From Pseudomonas aeruginosa PAO1 (GTDB taxonomy: Bacteria > Pseudomonadota > Gammaproteobacteria > Pseudomonadales > Pseudomonadaceae), in NCBI RefSeq assembly GCF_000006765.1, contig NC_002516.2: a stretch of 64,000 nt of DNA; one strand, given 5' to 3'. The notes under the pieces are model-generated. The model was given only the letters and a program-made list of their open reading frames with translations, was not told the DNA's origin and ran no database searches. Below are positions 10,901 through 20,072 of the stretch, piece after piece (the stretch's first letter is position 1; each line of letters begins with the position of its first letter). The translations under genes were made by a program, and so were the position numbers.

Positions 10901-11614
10901 ATGCTTTCCCGTTTGTTTGTAGGCCTTTTCGCCCTCCTCCTCGCCAGCGCCGGCCAGGCCAACGCCCCGCGCACGTTCTCCGAAGCGAAGAAAATCGGCT
11001 GGAAGCTCTACGCCCGGCAATCCGTGGAGTTCTACTGCGGCTGTCGCTACTCGGGAAATCGTGTCGACCTCGCCAGTTGCGGCTACAAGCCGAGGAAGAA
11101 CGCCAACCGCGCGCGGCGCATCGAGTGGGAACACATCGTCCCGGCCTGGGTGATCGGTCACCAGCGGCGCTGCTGGCAGAACGGCGGGCGGAGCAACTGC
11201 GCGAGGCACGACAGCACCTACCAGCGCGCCGAGGCCGACCTGCACAACCTGGTGCCGAGCATCGGCGAGGTCAACGGCGACCGCAGCAACTTCGGCTTCG
11301 GCTGGCTGCCGCAGAAACCCCAGCAATACGGCGCCTGCCCGATGGTGGTGGACTTCAAGGCGCGCAAGGCGATGCCACGCCCGCAGATTCGCGGGATGAT
11401 CGCCCGCACCTACTTCTACATGAGCGACCGCTACGGCCTGCGCCTGTCGAAGCAGGATCGCCAGCTCTACAACGCCTGGCACAAGCAGTACCCGCCACAG
11501 ACCTGGGAGCGCCAGCGCAACCACATGGTCGGCTGCGTGATGGGCTGGGGCAATCCCTATGTCGGCCCGGTGGACCTGGCAACCTGCAGCAACCTATCCT
11601 CGCGTCGACGCTGA
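10901..11614 (+). CDS. endA: Endonuclease I, periplasmic
   Basis: Signal peptide; EFYCGC, RIEWEHIVPA, ADLHNLVPSIGEVNGDRSN. Confidence 0.95.
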   Translation: MLSRLFVGLFALLLASAGQANAPRTFSEAKKIGWKLYARQSVEFYCGCRYSGNRVDLASCGYKPRKNANRARRIEWEHIVPAWVIGHQRRCWQNGGRSNCARHDSTYQRAEADLHNLVPSIGEVNGDRSNFGFGWLPQKPQQYGACPMVVDFKARKAMPRPQIRGMIARTYFYMSDRYGLRLSKQDRQLYNAWHKQYPPQTWERQRNHMVGCVMGWGNPYVGPVDLATCSNLSSRRR

Positions 11615-11632
11615 CCTCCGCCGGAGTAGCCC

Positions 11633-12151
11633 ATGATCTTCCGCACCCTCGCCCTGTTGCCGCTCTGCGCCGCCCTGGCGTTCGCCGCCGACGCCGGGGA
11701 GCGCCGCTTCGACTGCACGGTGGTGGCGATACATGACGACGCCAGCCTGGGCTGCCGCCTGCCCGGCGCGAACAAGGCGCTGCGCATCCAGCTCAATGCC
11801 GTCGAGCTACCGGCCGCCGAGCCCTGGCGTCGGCGCGCCCGGGAAGCCCTGGAAGACATGCTGCTCGGCAAATCGGCGACCATCCGCGAGCAAGGCCGCG
11901 ACGCGCGCTTCCGCATCCTCGGCGCGGCCTGGGTCACCCCGGCCGACTGCCCCACCTGCGGACATACCCTGGATGCCGGGCTGGCCCTGCTGACCATTGG
12001 CCTGGCCAGCTGGCGCGACGCGCCGGACAGCGGCCAGACGGCCGAGGCGCGCGGCCAGTACCGGTTCGCCGAGGAAGAAGCGCGGGCGCGCAAGGCTGGC
12101 CAGTGGCGACCGCGCGACGCCGCTCCTAGAGATGGATCTCCGCGAACTTGA
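11633..12151 (+). CDS. Exported thermonuclease (SNase)-fold protein
   Basis: Signal peptide; CTVVAIHDD, D.RFRILG, EEEARARKAGQW patterns. Confidence 0.75.
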   Translation: MIFRTLALLPLCAALAFAADAGERRFDCTVVAIHDDASLGCRLPGANKALRIQLNAVELPAAEPWRRRAREALEDMLLGKSATIREQGRDARFRILGAAWVTPADCPTCGHTLDAGLALLTIGLASWRDAPDSGQTAEARGQYRFAEEEARARKAGQWRPRDAAPRDGSPRT

Positions 12152-12356
12152 TGCCCAGCCCGCGCAGCTCCTTGACCGCGTCGTCGAGCCGGCGGAACGA
12201 CATCACCTCGTCGCTCTCGTCGACCAGGAAATAGCTGCGCCCGCCGTCCTTCTTGAAGAACACGATCCATTCCCTGGCCAGGGTGGGATTGGCGATGATG
12301 TGGGTCGCCGAGATCTTCCCTGCCGCCTGCCTGTCCCGAACCTTCTCGCGCTTCAT
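12126..12356 (-). CDS. 76-aa Pseudomonas hypothetical protein
   Basis: ATG 12356: MKREKVRDRQAAGKISATHIIANP...EWIVFFKK...KFAEIHL; C-terminal part of ORF 12126..12863. Confidence 0.65.
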   Translation of the reverse strand: MKREKVRDRQAAGKISATHIIANPTLAREWIVFFKKDGGRSYFLVDESDEVMSFRRLDDAVKELRGLGIKFAEIHL

Positions 12357-12421
12357 TGCCTTCCCGTCAGCTGTGTGGAAAGGCGGAATTATCGCATCAT
12401 CGGTTCCCGCGGCGAAAAAAC

Positions 12422-12655
12422 TCAGCGTGCCGCCATCGCCATTTCCATGCCCGGCACGGCCAGTTCCCGGCGGATGCTGCGGATCAGCCACTCGGTCTCC
12501 GGCGGCGCGCTGAGCTGCGGCGAGGGTATGGTGCGAGCCACGTAGCGGCCGTCGGCGGCCTGCAACTGCAACAACAGCGCGCCGTCGTGGCGGCTCTTGC
12601 TGGACAACTGGAACTCGGGAAAGGCAGCGGCGATTTTCTTCAGGTCGACAGACAT
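12422..12655 (-). CDS. Second DUF3509-like small protein
   Basis: ATG 12655 with GGAG SD; RHDGALLLQL...QL...SIRRELA aligns with the 8970-9257 protein. Confidence 0.7.
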   Translation of the reverse strand: MSVDLKKIAAAFPEFQLSSKSRHDGALLLQLQAADGRYVARTIPSPQLSAPPETEWLIRSIRRELAVPGMEMAMAAR

Positions 12656-12877
12656 GGTGCGCTCCATTTCTGAGAAGTTGGACGGAGGCCCGCCGCGCGG
12701 CGGGCAGGCGCAGTCTGGCTAACGGATGCGACCGAATGATGACGCCGGCGACGAACCAATTCGCCCGCCGTGGCGTCCCAGAAAGGACGCGACGAATTTC
12801 ACCCAACGGAAAATGCCTGGCGGCAAGCGGCCATCGGTGGTCGATCGTCATCGGCACGCACACAGCAAGGAGATGGA

Positions 12878-13777
12878 ATGTTCCGTACGGCTTATCGGGA
12901 AATAGGCCTGTTCGGCCTGGTCAAGCGCACAGTGAACGAGTTCCTCGAGGACGACATGCCGACCTACGCCTCGGCCCTCGCCTATCAGATGCTGTTCTCG
13001 CTATTTCCGTTCCTGCTGGTGCTGATCACCCTCGTAGGCTACCTGCACCTGCCGGAGTTCTTCGCCTGGCTGCGCGAGCAGGCGGCGTTGCTGCTGCCGC
13101 CCGAGGCGATGGATCAGGTCAACCCGGTGATCGACCAGTTGCAGCAGCAGAAAGGCGGCCTGCTGTCGATCGGTATCGCGGTGGCGCTGTGGACCTCCTC
13201 GGCGGGCATCCGCTCGATGATGATCGCGCTCAACGCCGCCTACGACGTGAAGGAGAGCCGCCCGGTATGGAAGCGCTTCTCCCTGTCGATCCTCTACACC
13301 CTCGGCATCGCCCTGTTGTTGCTGGTGGCGGCCGGCCTGATGGTCACCGGGCCGCAGGTGATCGCCTGGATCGCCGGCCTGGTCGGTCTGGAACAGTACC
13401 TGGTGACGCTCTGGACCTGGCTGCGCTGGCCTCTTGCGGTGTTCCTGCTGATGCTCGCGGTGGCGCTGTTCTACTATCTGGTGCCGGATGTCGAGCAGCG
13501 TTTCCGCTTCATCACTCCAGGCTCGGTGCTCTCGGTGATCGCCTGGATCGCCGCGTCCCTCGCCTATGGCTTCTACGTGAAGAACTTCGCCAACTACAAC
13601 GCCATGTACGGCAGCATCGGGGCGATCATCATCCTCCTGCTGTACTTCTACCTGTCGGCGGCAGTGGTGCTGTTCGGCGCCGAGCTGAACGCGGTGATCG
13701 AACACCATTCGGAAGACGGCAAGGACCCTGGCGAGCGCGAACTTCCGGACAACGACGACCCCGAACTCAAGGCTTGA
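12878..13777 (+). CDS. YihY/BrkB-family inner membrane protein
   Basis: AAGGAG SD before ATG 12878; ASALAYQMLFSLFPFL, YNAMYGSIGAIIILLLYFYLS. Confidence 0.9.
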   Translation: MFRTAYREIGLFGLVKRTVNEFLEDDMPTYASALAYQMLFSLFPFLLVLITLVGYLHLPEFFAWLREQAALLLPPEAMDQVNPVIDQLQQQKGGLLSIGIAVALWTSSAGIRSMMIALNAAYDVKESRPVWKRFSLSILYTLGIALLLLVAAGLMVTGPQVIAWIAGLVGLEQYLVTLWTWLRWPLAVFLLMLAVALFYYLVPDVEQRFRFITPGSVLSVIAWIAASLAYGFYVKNFANYNAMYGSIGAIIILLLYFYLSAAVVLFGAELNAVIEHHSEDGKDPGERELPDNDDPELKA

Positions 13778-14084
13778 GCAGGGCGTCGGCCTCGCTGACG
13801 CTGGCCTTGCCGGTGGCGCGCCGGTACAGACACAGCTCGCGGCCCTGGCGGCCCTGCATGTGCGGCTGCGGATAGCGGCCCTGCAGGAGCAGCGCCGAAT
13901 AGCCCACCTCATCGTCGAAGGGCAGTACCTGCCCCACCGCGCGTACCTGGCGCAAGCCGCTGGCTTTCAGGCAGGCGGCACGCACCATGGCGTCGTGCGC
14001 CTGCCACGCCTCGGCCGTGGAAGCCCAGGCCGGCGCCGAACCGAGCAGCAGGCAGACCAGCGATCCCGCAACCACCCTCGACAT
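13767..14084 (-). CDS. Small exported protein
   Basis: ATG 14084, signal peptide ending AWA, two Cys. Confidence 0.7.
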   Translation of the reverse strand: MSRVVAGSLVCLLLGSAPAWASTAEAWQAHDAMVRAACLKASGLRQVRAVGQVLPFDDEVGYSALLLQGRYPQPHMQGRQGRELCLYRRATGKASVSEADALLKP

Positions 14085-14239
14085 TGCGCACCTCGCATCG
14101 CCGGAAACAGGCAGGAAAAGAGAAGCCCCCGGGACCACAGCGGCAACTAAAGGCCCCGGGGGCGATGAGGCGGCAGTTACACCTCGCAGCAATGGACATT
14201 GCCCCGCGAAAAATAGTTCTACGCTCGCCGACGAAGCGC

Positions 14240-14683
14240 TCAGCCGGCCCAGCCCAGCACCAGCGCAGCCAGGACGAGGTAGCGGAGCGTCTTGGCCAGG
14301 CCGACGATCAGCAGGAAACTCCAGCAGGGCTCACGCATGATGCCGGCCACCAGCGTCAGCGGATCGCCGATGACCGGCACCCAACTGAGCAGCAGGGTCC
14401 AGCGGCCGTAGCGGCGATAGTGTCGCTGCGCCCTGAGCAACTGCACCTCGCCCACGGGAAACCAGCGGCGACCGCGGAAATGCTCGAGGTAGCGACCCAG
14501 CCACCAGTTGACCCAGGAACCCAGCACATTGCCGACGATGGCCAGCGCCAGCAGCCACGCGACCGACTGGCCGCCGCGCAGCAGCAAGGCGGCCAGCACG
14601 GTTTCCGACTGCAACGGCAGCAGGGTCGCCGAACCGAACGCCGAGAGGAACAGCCCGGCGTACGCGGCCCAGTCAGTCAACAC
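14240..14683 (-). CDS. YqaA/DedA-family membrane protein
   Basis: LFLSAFGSATLLPLQSE, LLLSWVPVIGDPLTLVAG; GGGAG SD before GTG 14683. Confidence 0.9.
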   Translation of the reverse strand: MLTDWAAYAGLFLSAFGSATLLPLQSETVLAALLLRGGQSVAWLLALAIVGNVLGSWVNWWLGRYLEHFRGRRWFPVGEVQLLRAQRHYRRYGRWTLLLSWVPVIGDPLTLVAGIMREPCWSFLLIVGLAKTLRYLVLAALVLGWAG

Positions 14684-14818
14684 CCGAACGCTCCCAGCGC
14701 CATTCGCATCCCCACTCCAATCCGGAAAAAACTGACCTGGGACAGCCGTCCCGAGGCCGGCGAAGCATACCCTGGCAGGCAAGGGCATTTCCCCGGTTAT
14801 CCGAAAAGGAGGCAGGCC

Positions 14819-15193
14819 ATGTTCATTCCCGGCCATCTGCATCTCGCCTCGGCCAGCGAAGTCGACCGCCAGGCATTCGATATCCACCTGCGCTACCGGG
14901 TCCTGGAGGCCGAGGCCCGCCCGGTGGCCGTACACTTCGACATGGAGGGCCGGATCGACGGCCAGCCTTTCAGCGAAAGCTTCGAACTGCCGCGCGACGC
15001 CGCCGTGCATTTCGCCAGCCGTGCCAGTCGCCTGGCCCGGCGCCACGGCCTGCGCTTGCGGCAGGGACCGATCGTGCGCCAGCGCCGCGAGTACGACGCT
15101 ATGTTCGACGACCTGCGCCGACGCCTGAAACTCAAGAGCGGCGAAGCGATCGACCTCGACCGCTACCTGCGCGGCGAGGCCGGGGCATCCTGA
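14819..15193 (+). CDS. Conserved Pseudomonas hypothetical protein, 124 aa
   Basis: AGGAGG SD; MFIPGHLHL...FSESFELPRDAAVHFAS. Confidence 0.8.
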   Translation: MFIPGHLHLASASEVDRQAFDIHLRYRVLEAEARPVAVHFDMEGRIDGQPFSESFELPRDAAVHFASRASRLARRHGLRLRQGPIVRQRREYDAMFDDLRRRLKLKSGEAIDLDRYLRGEAGAS

Positions 15194-15303
15194 AACGGCT
15201 CTCCCGCATGCTACGGAAGCCCCCGACTCAGGCCATGCCGTGCAACTTTCAGCGAAGCGGGCGACTCCATACCTAGGTAACCATCCTCGTCAAGGAGACC
15301 GAC

Positions 15304-15633
15304 ATGACTCTGAAAACCCGCTCCGCTCGCGCCAAGCAGGCTATCCAGGACCAGGCCATGGCCGAACTGCAGGACCTGATCGCCGAGGTGGACCAGTTGA
15401 TGAGCGGCACCGGCAGCCTGGCCGGCAAGGAGGGCGCGAACCTGCGTGAACAGATCAATTCCGTGCTGCATCGTGGTCGCGACGCCATCGAGCGCACCCG
15501 CCGCGGCGTGGTGCAACGCAGCCAGGCGGCCGCCGAAGCGACCGAGGAATACGTCGAGGACCATCCCTGGCAGACCATCGCCGTCTCGGCCGGCGCCGGC
15601 TTCCTCCTCGGCTTGCTGATGGGCCGCCGCTAG
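15304..15633 (+). CDS. ElaB/YqjD/DUF883 tail-anchored ribosome-binding protein
   Basis: YVEDHPWQTIAVSAGAGFLLGLLMGRR C-terminus. Confidence 0.92.
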   Translation: MTLKTRSARAKQAIQDQAMAELQDLIAEVDQLMSGTGSLAGKEGANLREQINSVLHRGRDAIERTRRGVVQRSQAAAEATEEYVEDHPWQTIAVSAGAGFLLGLLMGRR

Positions 15634-15652
15634 GGCGTTTCCGCAGGCAACA

Positions 15653-15678
15653 GAAAGCCCGCGCTCGGCGGGCTTTTC
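15653..15678. terminator. Bidirectional terminator
   Basis: AAAGCCCGC-N5-GCGGGCTTTT between convergent genes. Confidence 0.75.
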
Positions 15679-15698
15679 GGCAAGGCAAGGGCCTTGGC

Positions 15699-15896
15699 TC
15701 AGGCGGAGATCGCCGCCTCCAGCGGCCAACTCAGTTCCCAGGTTCCCTTCAAGGCTTCCGCCTCGTCACGGCTGGTGAAGGGGCCGGCCCACATGGCGCC
15801 GTCCACCATCAGGATCCAACAGGCCAGCAATCCCTTGCTGCGCAGCGATTCGGGAACGGACGTCCCCACCAGCACGGCGACTTCGATTCTGGACAT
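15699..15896 (-). CDS. 65-aa hypothetical protein
   Basis: GGAG SD; MSRIEVAVLVGTSVPESLRSKGLLACW. Confidence 0.7.
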   Translation of the reverse strand: MSRIEVAVLVGTSVPESLRSKGLLACWILMVDGAMWAGPFTSRDEAEALKGTWELSWPLEAAISA

Positions 15897-15909
15897 AGGC
15901 TGACTCCGG

Positions 15910-15933
15910 TTATCATTAGCTTGCTAATAATAA
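15910..15933. promoter_or_regulatory. SlyA/MarR-type palindromic operator
   Basis: TTATCATTAGC-TT-GCTAATAATAA; the core reverse-complements to TTAGCAAGCTAA. Confidence 0.55.
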
Positions 15934-16074
15934 GCGCCCGCCCCTTCGCCATGAAGCGCGCCGCGCACAACAGTCTTTTTCATCTGCGACAAAATTACCC
16001 ACCCCCGGCTCCCACGGCAGCCCTGCCGTCCCGCCGGCTATAGTGGAAAAACAGCGAGTCCAGGAGGAACCGTC

Positions 16075-16305
16075 ATGGACACCAGCCCGCACACCTTTTC
16101 CAACCTGTTCCGCCAGTTGGGGCTCCCCGCTGGGCGGGACGACATCGTCGCCTTTCTCGCCCGGCACCACCTCGAGGAGGGCACGGCGCTGCCCGATGCG
16201 CCATTCTGGAACCCTGCCCAGGCCAGCTTCCTGCGCGAGGCCCTGGCCGAGGACTCCGACTGGGCCGAACAGGTCGATGAACTGGCCTTGCAACTGACCC
16301 GCTGA
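16075..16305 (+). CDS. DUF2789-like small protein
   Basis: AGGAGG SD; LFRQLGLP...PFWNPAQASFLREALAEDSDWAEQVDEL. Confidence 0.85.
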   Translation: MDTSPHTFSNLFRQLGLPAGRDDIVAFLARHHLEEGTALPDAPFWNPAQASFLREALAEDSDWAEQVDELALQLTR

Positions 16306-16440
16306 AAAAAACGCAAACTGATGCGCTGACGGCTCTATCGTGCGGAACTTGCTATGAGTTGGCGGGGAATTTCAAGTCACCGGCATCGATAGCCACTATC
16401 AGCCCAAAGCATTTTTCCCCAGCGGAGCGGCGTGAGATCG

Positions 16441-16519
16441 TAGCGGCGTCGGGAGAACCCCAAGTCCCCGACGCTCCTTTGAAGACCATCGCCCTCCCCC
16501 CGCAGATGGTCTTTTTTTT
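16441..16519 (+). ncRNA. Candidate sRNA, sibling 1 (two hairpins with C-rich loops)
   Basis: GCGTCGGG[AGAACCCCAAGTC]CCCGACGC, then AAGACCATC[GCCCTCCCCCCGCA]GATGGTCTT plus T-run. Confidence 0.6.
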
Positions 16520-16653
16520 GCCCGCGATTCGGCCGTGCCCCGACCGGCTGGCCCAGGACATGGAACATTCCGTTACGTCCCCCACTGAACTTTTCACCCG
16601 TGCCTCGGTGTCTTACCCTGCTCGCGTTACCACGTAAGGAGAACCTCAAGGAC

Positions 16654-17124
16654 ATGAAAGCACTACTGATCGCCGCCGGCGTTGCCGCTCTTTCCAGCAC
16701 CGCCATGGCCGCCAAACTGGATGAAAAGGTTCCCTACCCGAAGGCAGATGCCGGCTTCACCCGCCAGGTCATCCACCTGCCGAAACAGGACGCGGAAGAC
16801 GCATTCAAGGTCGAGATCATCGCCGGCAAGACCCTCGAGGCCGACTGCAACCAGCAGCGCCTGGGCGGCGAGCTGGAAGAACACACCCTGGAAGGCTGGG
16901 GCTACTCCTACTACCGCCTGGACAAGGTCAGCGGGCCGATGAGCACGATGATGGCCTGCCCCGGCCAGAAGAAGGAGCAGCGCTTCATCCCGGTGGTCGG
17001 CGAAGGCTTCCTGCTGTGCTACAACAGCAAGCTGCCGATCGTGGTCTATGCGCCGAAGGACGTGGAGGTCCGCTATCGGATCTGGTCGGCGTCCGAAAAG
17101 GTCGAGAAAGCGGTCAGCGAATAA
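16654..17124 (+). CDS. eco: Ecotin serine protease inhibitor
   Basis: Signal peptide; [36 protein letters not shown]. Confidence 0.97.
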   Translation: MKALLIAAGVAALSSTAMAAKLDEKVPYPKADAGFTRQVIHLPKQDAEDAFKVEIIAGKTLEADCNQQRLGGELEEHTLEGWGYSYYRLDKVSGPMSTMMACPGQKKEQRFIPVVGEGFLLCYNSKLPIVVYAPKDVEVRYRIWSASEKVEKAVSE

Positions 17125-17135
17125 ACGCCGCGCAT

Positions 17136-17163
17136 GAAAAAGCCGCCCACGGGCGGCTTTTTT
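17136..17163. terminator. Bidirectional terminator
   Basis: AAAAAGCCGCCC-AC-GGGCGGCTTTTT. Confidence 0.8.
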
Positions 17164-17176
17164 CGTTGCGCCTGCT

Positions 17177-17578
17177 TCAGCCCGGCACCAGGCCGATGTT
17201 CAGGCCGGAGTCCACGGTGATCCGGTAATGCGTGGTCTGCCCGTTCTGCACATGCACCACCTGCTTGGGCGCCTCGCCGCGGCAGATCCCATCGCCCTGC
17301 ACGGATACCACCCGCAGCCCCGCCGGAAGACGGAAACGCGCGCTCTCGCCGGCCTGGATCTCGGCGGCCAGGCGGCTATCGATGATCAAGCGGGTATTGC
17401 AGACGCTGCCGAGGAACTCGCGGTCCCGGGAAACCACCAGGAAGGCGTCGCCGTCGTCACGGAACTGATAGTTGTACAAACGCTCCTTCGGTACCTGGTC
17501 CGTCTCGTCGAGCGAGGGCGTCGATGTCGAACAACCCGCCAGCAAGACGGTCCCCAGTAGCATCCCCAAAATCCGCAT
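17177..17578 (-). CDS. Putative lipoprotein
   Basis: MRILGMLLGTVLLAGC lipobox at ATG 17578 (ORF track extends to 17638). Confidence 0.75.
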   Translation of the reverse strand: MRILGMLLGTVLLAGCSTSTPSLDETDQVPKERLYNYQFRDDGDAFLVVSRDREFLGSVCNTRLIIDSRLAAEIQAGESARFRLPAGLRVVSVQGDGICRGEAPKQVVHVQNGQTTHYRITVDSGLNIGLVPG

Positions 17579-17749
17579 AGTGACCCCAATCCGTTCATCG
17601 AAATGCCGCACCCCATCCTCGCCGGGGCAGACCTTCATGGCTTGCGGTCGTACTTCCTCCCTGAACCGGCACCACAGCGCACGTCCGTCTAAGGTAGGCG
17701 ATTTGCCCCGGCCAAGGCGAGCGCGAATGGCGCTGAAGAAAAAAAATCC

Positions 17750-18193
17750 TCAGACGGAGGCCGCCTCGCCGGCCGGCAACGCGGAAGTCGGGAGGCCGAA
17801 CAGGCGATCGAAGGCCCAGTTGAAGAGGAAGGTGTAGCACGGGATCAGGACGATCAGCGCCAGGTCCAGCCAGAACGCCTCCAGCAGGGAAATCCCCATC
17901 CACCAGGCGATCAGCGGGATCAGGTAGACCACCAGGGTCAGCTGGAAGCCGATGGCGTGCGCCACCCGCCGCGCAATGCTGCGTCCGCGCACGGCCTGGC
18001 GCCGCTCCCAGAACTCGAACAGGCAGTTGTAGATGAAGTTCCAGGTCACCGCGACGGTGGTGATCACCACCGCCAGGGGGCCGGTGGTAGTGGGCGTGGA
18101 ACCGGCGAGCAGGGCCAGCCCCAGGGTCGAGATACTCATCCCGATCAATTCGTAGGCGGTCACGTAGACCAATTTGCGCTTGATGCCTTGCAC
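17750..18193 (-). CDS. PACE (AceI-family) efflux transporter
   Basis: RKLVYVTAYE, WNFIYNCLFE, RVAHAIGFQ, YTFLFNWAFD; GTG 18193. Confidence 0.9.
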   Translation of the reverse strand: MQGIKRKLVYVTAYELIGMSISTLGLALLAGSTPTTTGPLAVVITTVAVTWNFIYNCLFEFWERRQAVRGRSIARRVAHAIGFQLTLVVYLIPLIAWWMGISLLEAFWLDLALIVLIPCYTFLFNWAFDRLFGLPTSALPAGEAASV

Positions 18194-18259
18194 GTGGACC
18201 TCTCGGGCGTGATAGCGGAAAGGCGGGCAAGGTTGGATCAATTTTCTTGACAGAAAAAG

Positions 18260-18282
18260 TCAGCAGCTTTCAGATCTGCTGA
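18260..18282. promoter_or_regulatory. Inverted repeat in the PACE/LysR divergent promoter (probable LysR site)
   Basis: TCAGCAG-N9-CTGCTGA. Confidence 0.5.
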
Positions 18283-18295
18283 TAGGAGAATTGCC

Positions 18296-19183
18296 ATGAA
18301 CTTTTCCAGCGATACCATCGAGCTGTTCCTCGCCGTCCTCGACCGCGGCTCCTTTTCCGGCGCCGCCCGTGCCTTGGGTCGAGTGCCTTCGGCGGTGAGC
18401 ATGGGCATCGCCAACCTCGAGGCGGAGCTGGGTTTCGCCCTTTTCGAGCGAACCCACCGCGAAGCCCGTCCTACGGCGCTGGCCAGGGCCCTGGCACCGC
18501 AAGCGCGGATGATCGCCGAGCAGCTCGCCCAGTTGCAGGTGCATGCGCTGGAACTCTCCCAGGGATTGGAAAGCCGCCTGTCGCTCGGCGTGGTTGCGGA
18601 CATCGACAGCGGGCGACTGTTCGGTGCCCTCCGCACCCTTTCCGAGCGCTACCCGCTGCTCGATGTCGAGGTGCTCAGCGCGGCGCAGGACGATGCCCTC
18701 GCCCTGCTCCATGGCGGCCGGATCAGCCTGTGCTTCGGATTCGCCGGCATCAGCGTGAACCCGCAGGAGCGCTTCCAGTATGTCGGCGCGGAATCGCTGG
18801 TCGCGACCATCTCGCCGCGCCATCCCGCCCTGCAGAAGCCGGGGCAGGCGCTGTACCTGGAAGAGCTGGTGAACGTGCGGCAGATCCTGGTCGCCAGTTG
18901 CGACCTGCCGTTGGCCGACACCCGTCCGCTGATTGCCGGCGCCTGCTGGCGCACCGACAGCCTGGGCACGGCGCTGGAAATGGTCGAGGCGGGGATCGGC
19001 TGGGGCAATTTCCCGTTGTCCCGGGTCGCGCCGCTGCTGGCAACGGGAAGGCTGGTACGCCTGGACTTCAGGAATACCAAGAACGAGCTGAAACTGCCTG
19101 TCCACGCTATCTGGCTGAAAAACCAGCCATTGCGCAAGGCCGCCCAGGAACTGGTTGGCATGCTGGCCACCCGTCCCGATTGA
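18296..19183 (+). CDS. LysR-family regulator
   Basis: FLAVLDRGSFSGAARALGRVPSAVS...LEAELGFALFER HTH. Confidence 0.95.
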   Translation: MNFSSDTIELFLAVLDRGSFSGAARALGRVPSAVSMGIANLEAELGFALFERTHREARPTALARALAPQARMIAEQLAQLQVHALELSQGLESRLSLGVVADIDSGRLFGALRTLSERYPLLDVEVLSAAQDDALALLHGGRISLCFGFAGISVNPQERFQYVGAESLVATISPRHPALQKPGQALYLEELVNVRQILVASCDLPLADTRPLIAGACWRTDSLGTALEMVEAGIGWGNFPLSRVAPLLATGRLVRLDFRNTKNELKLPVHAIWLKNQPLRKAAQELVGMLATRPD

Positions 19184-19393
19184 AGCGTTATGCAATGCAC
19201 TTCACAGAAAAAACGAGACCCGTCACGCGAATCGCCGCACACGCCGGCTCCCCGGCCTCCAGTACTTGATCTCGATCAAGCGCAGCGCCAGCCATAGGCA
19301 GATGATCGTTCTGCGGCCATCCTCCGTTTGCGGCCGTAGAGCTCCGGACACTTCATGCTAGGGGGGCCGGAGCTCTTCCCTCTTCCTCGCGGC

Positions 19394-19708
19394 TCAGGAA
19401 CAGGTCCTGGCCGCATCGATGAAGGCCCCGCGGGTGACCCAGGGCTGCTGATCATGGATTCGCACCAGGCTGCCACCCCTCGCCGGCTGCACCTCCAGCC
19501 ACTGACCGGCGTCCGCCAGGCGATAGCCGCGGCCTTCCTCCACCAGCGCCACGCCCGGCGCCTGGCGTTGCCACTTGGGCAAGACGCACATCGCGTAATC
19601 GTAGGGAGCCTTGCTGGTGCTGGCGGCCAGTGCCGGGGCGTTCGAAGCGGGAGGCGAGGCACAGGCGGACAGGGCCAGGGCGGCGAATACAGCAATAAGA
19701 ATCTTCAT
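19394..19708 (-). CDS. Small lipoprotein
   Basis: MKILIAVFAALALSAC lipobox; GAGGGA SD. Confidence 0.8.
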   Translation of the reverse strand: MKILIAVFAALALSACASPPASNAPALAASTSKAPYDYAMCVLPKWQRQAPGVALVEEGRGYRLADAGQWLEVQPARGGSLVRIHDQQPWVTRGAFIDAARTCS

Positions 19709-20072
19709 GTCACGTCCCTCTTTGTCGATCCGTTCACGATTCGACGGTATCACCGCCCAAAGCGAGAACTGCAGCGACTTCGCGGCATGGTACTTATCGA
19801 TAAGGTTGATATTGCAGGCGCATGACGAAGCGATCCGGCAACGCCCGATTCAGAGCCTATGGAAGGGGCTTTCCTTGCACTTTGGTTATTAGCAAATGAC
19901 TCGAAGCTTTCTTGGATCGAACAATGTTCTGGTATTGTTGCGCCGCCAACGGGAGAAACAAGAAACCAGAACCGCCACGCACGGTAAATGGGACAAATGA
20001 CTCCCGTGCACTTCGAACCTTGCGCTTCCTTCAATTTCAGCGCACATCAAGCCAACAACCAGGAACAATAAG

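Noticed and set aside
16390-16412. las box upstream of sRNA sibling 1
   Set aside because: The best match is CT-N10-AG, which has the wrong spacing.
16344-16615. GAACTT hexamers as AlgU promoters for sibling 1 or ecotin
   Set aside because: Spacers to TCnnA are 21 and 18 nt, outside the usual 16-17.
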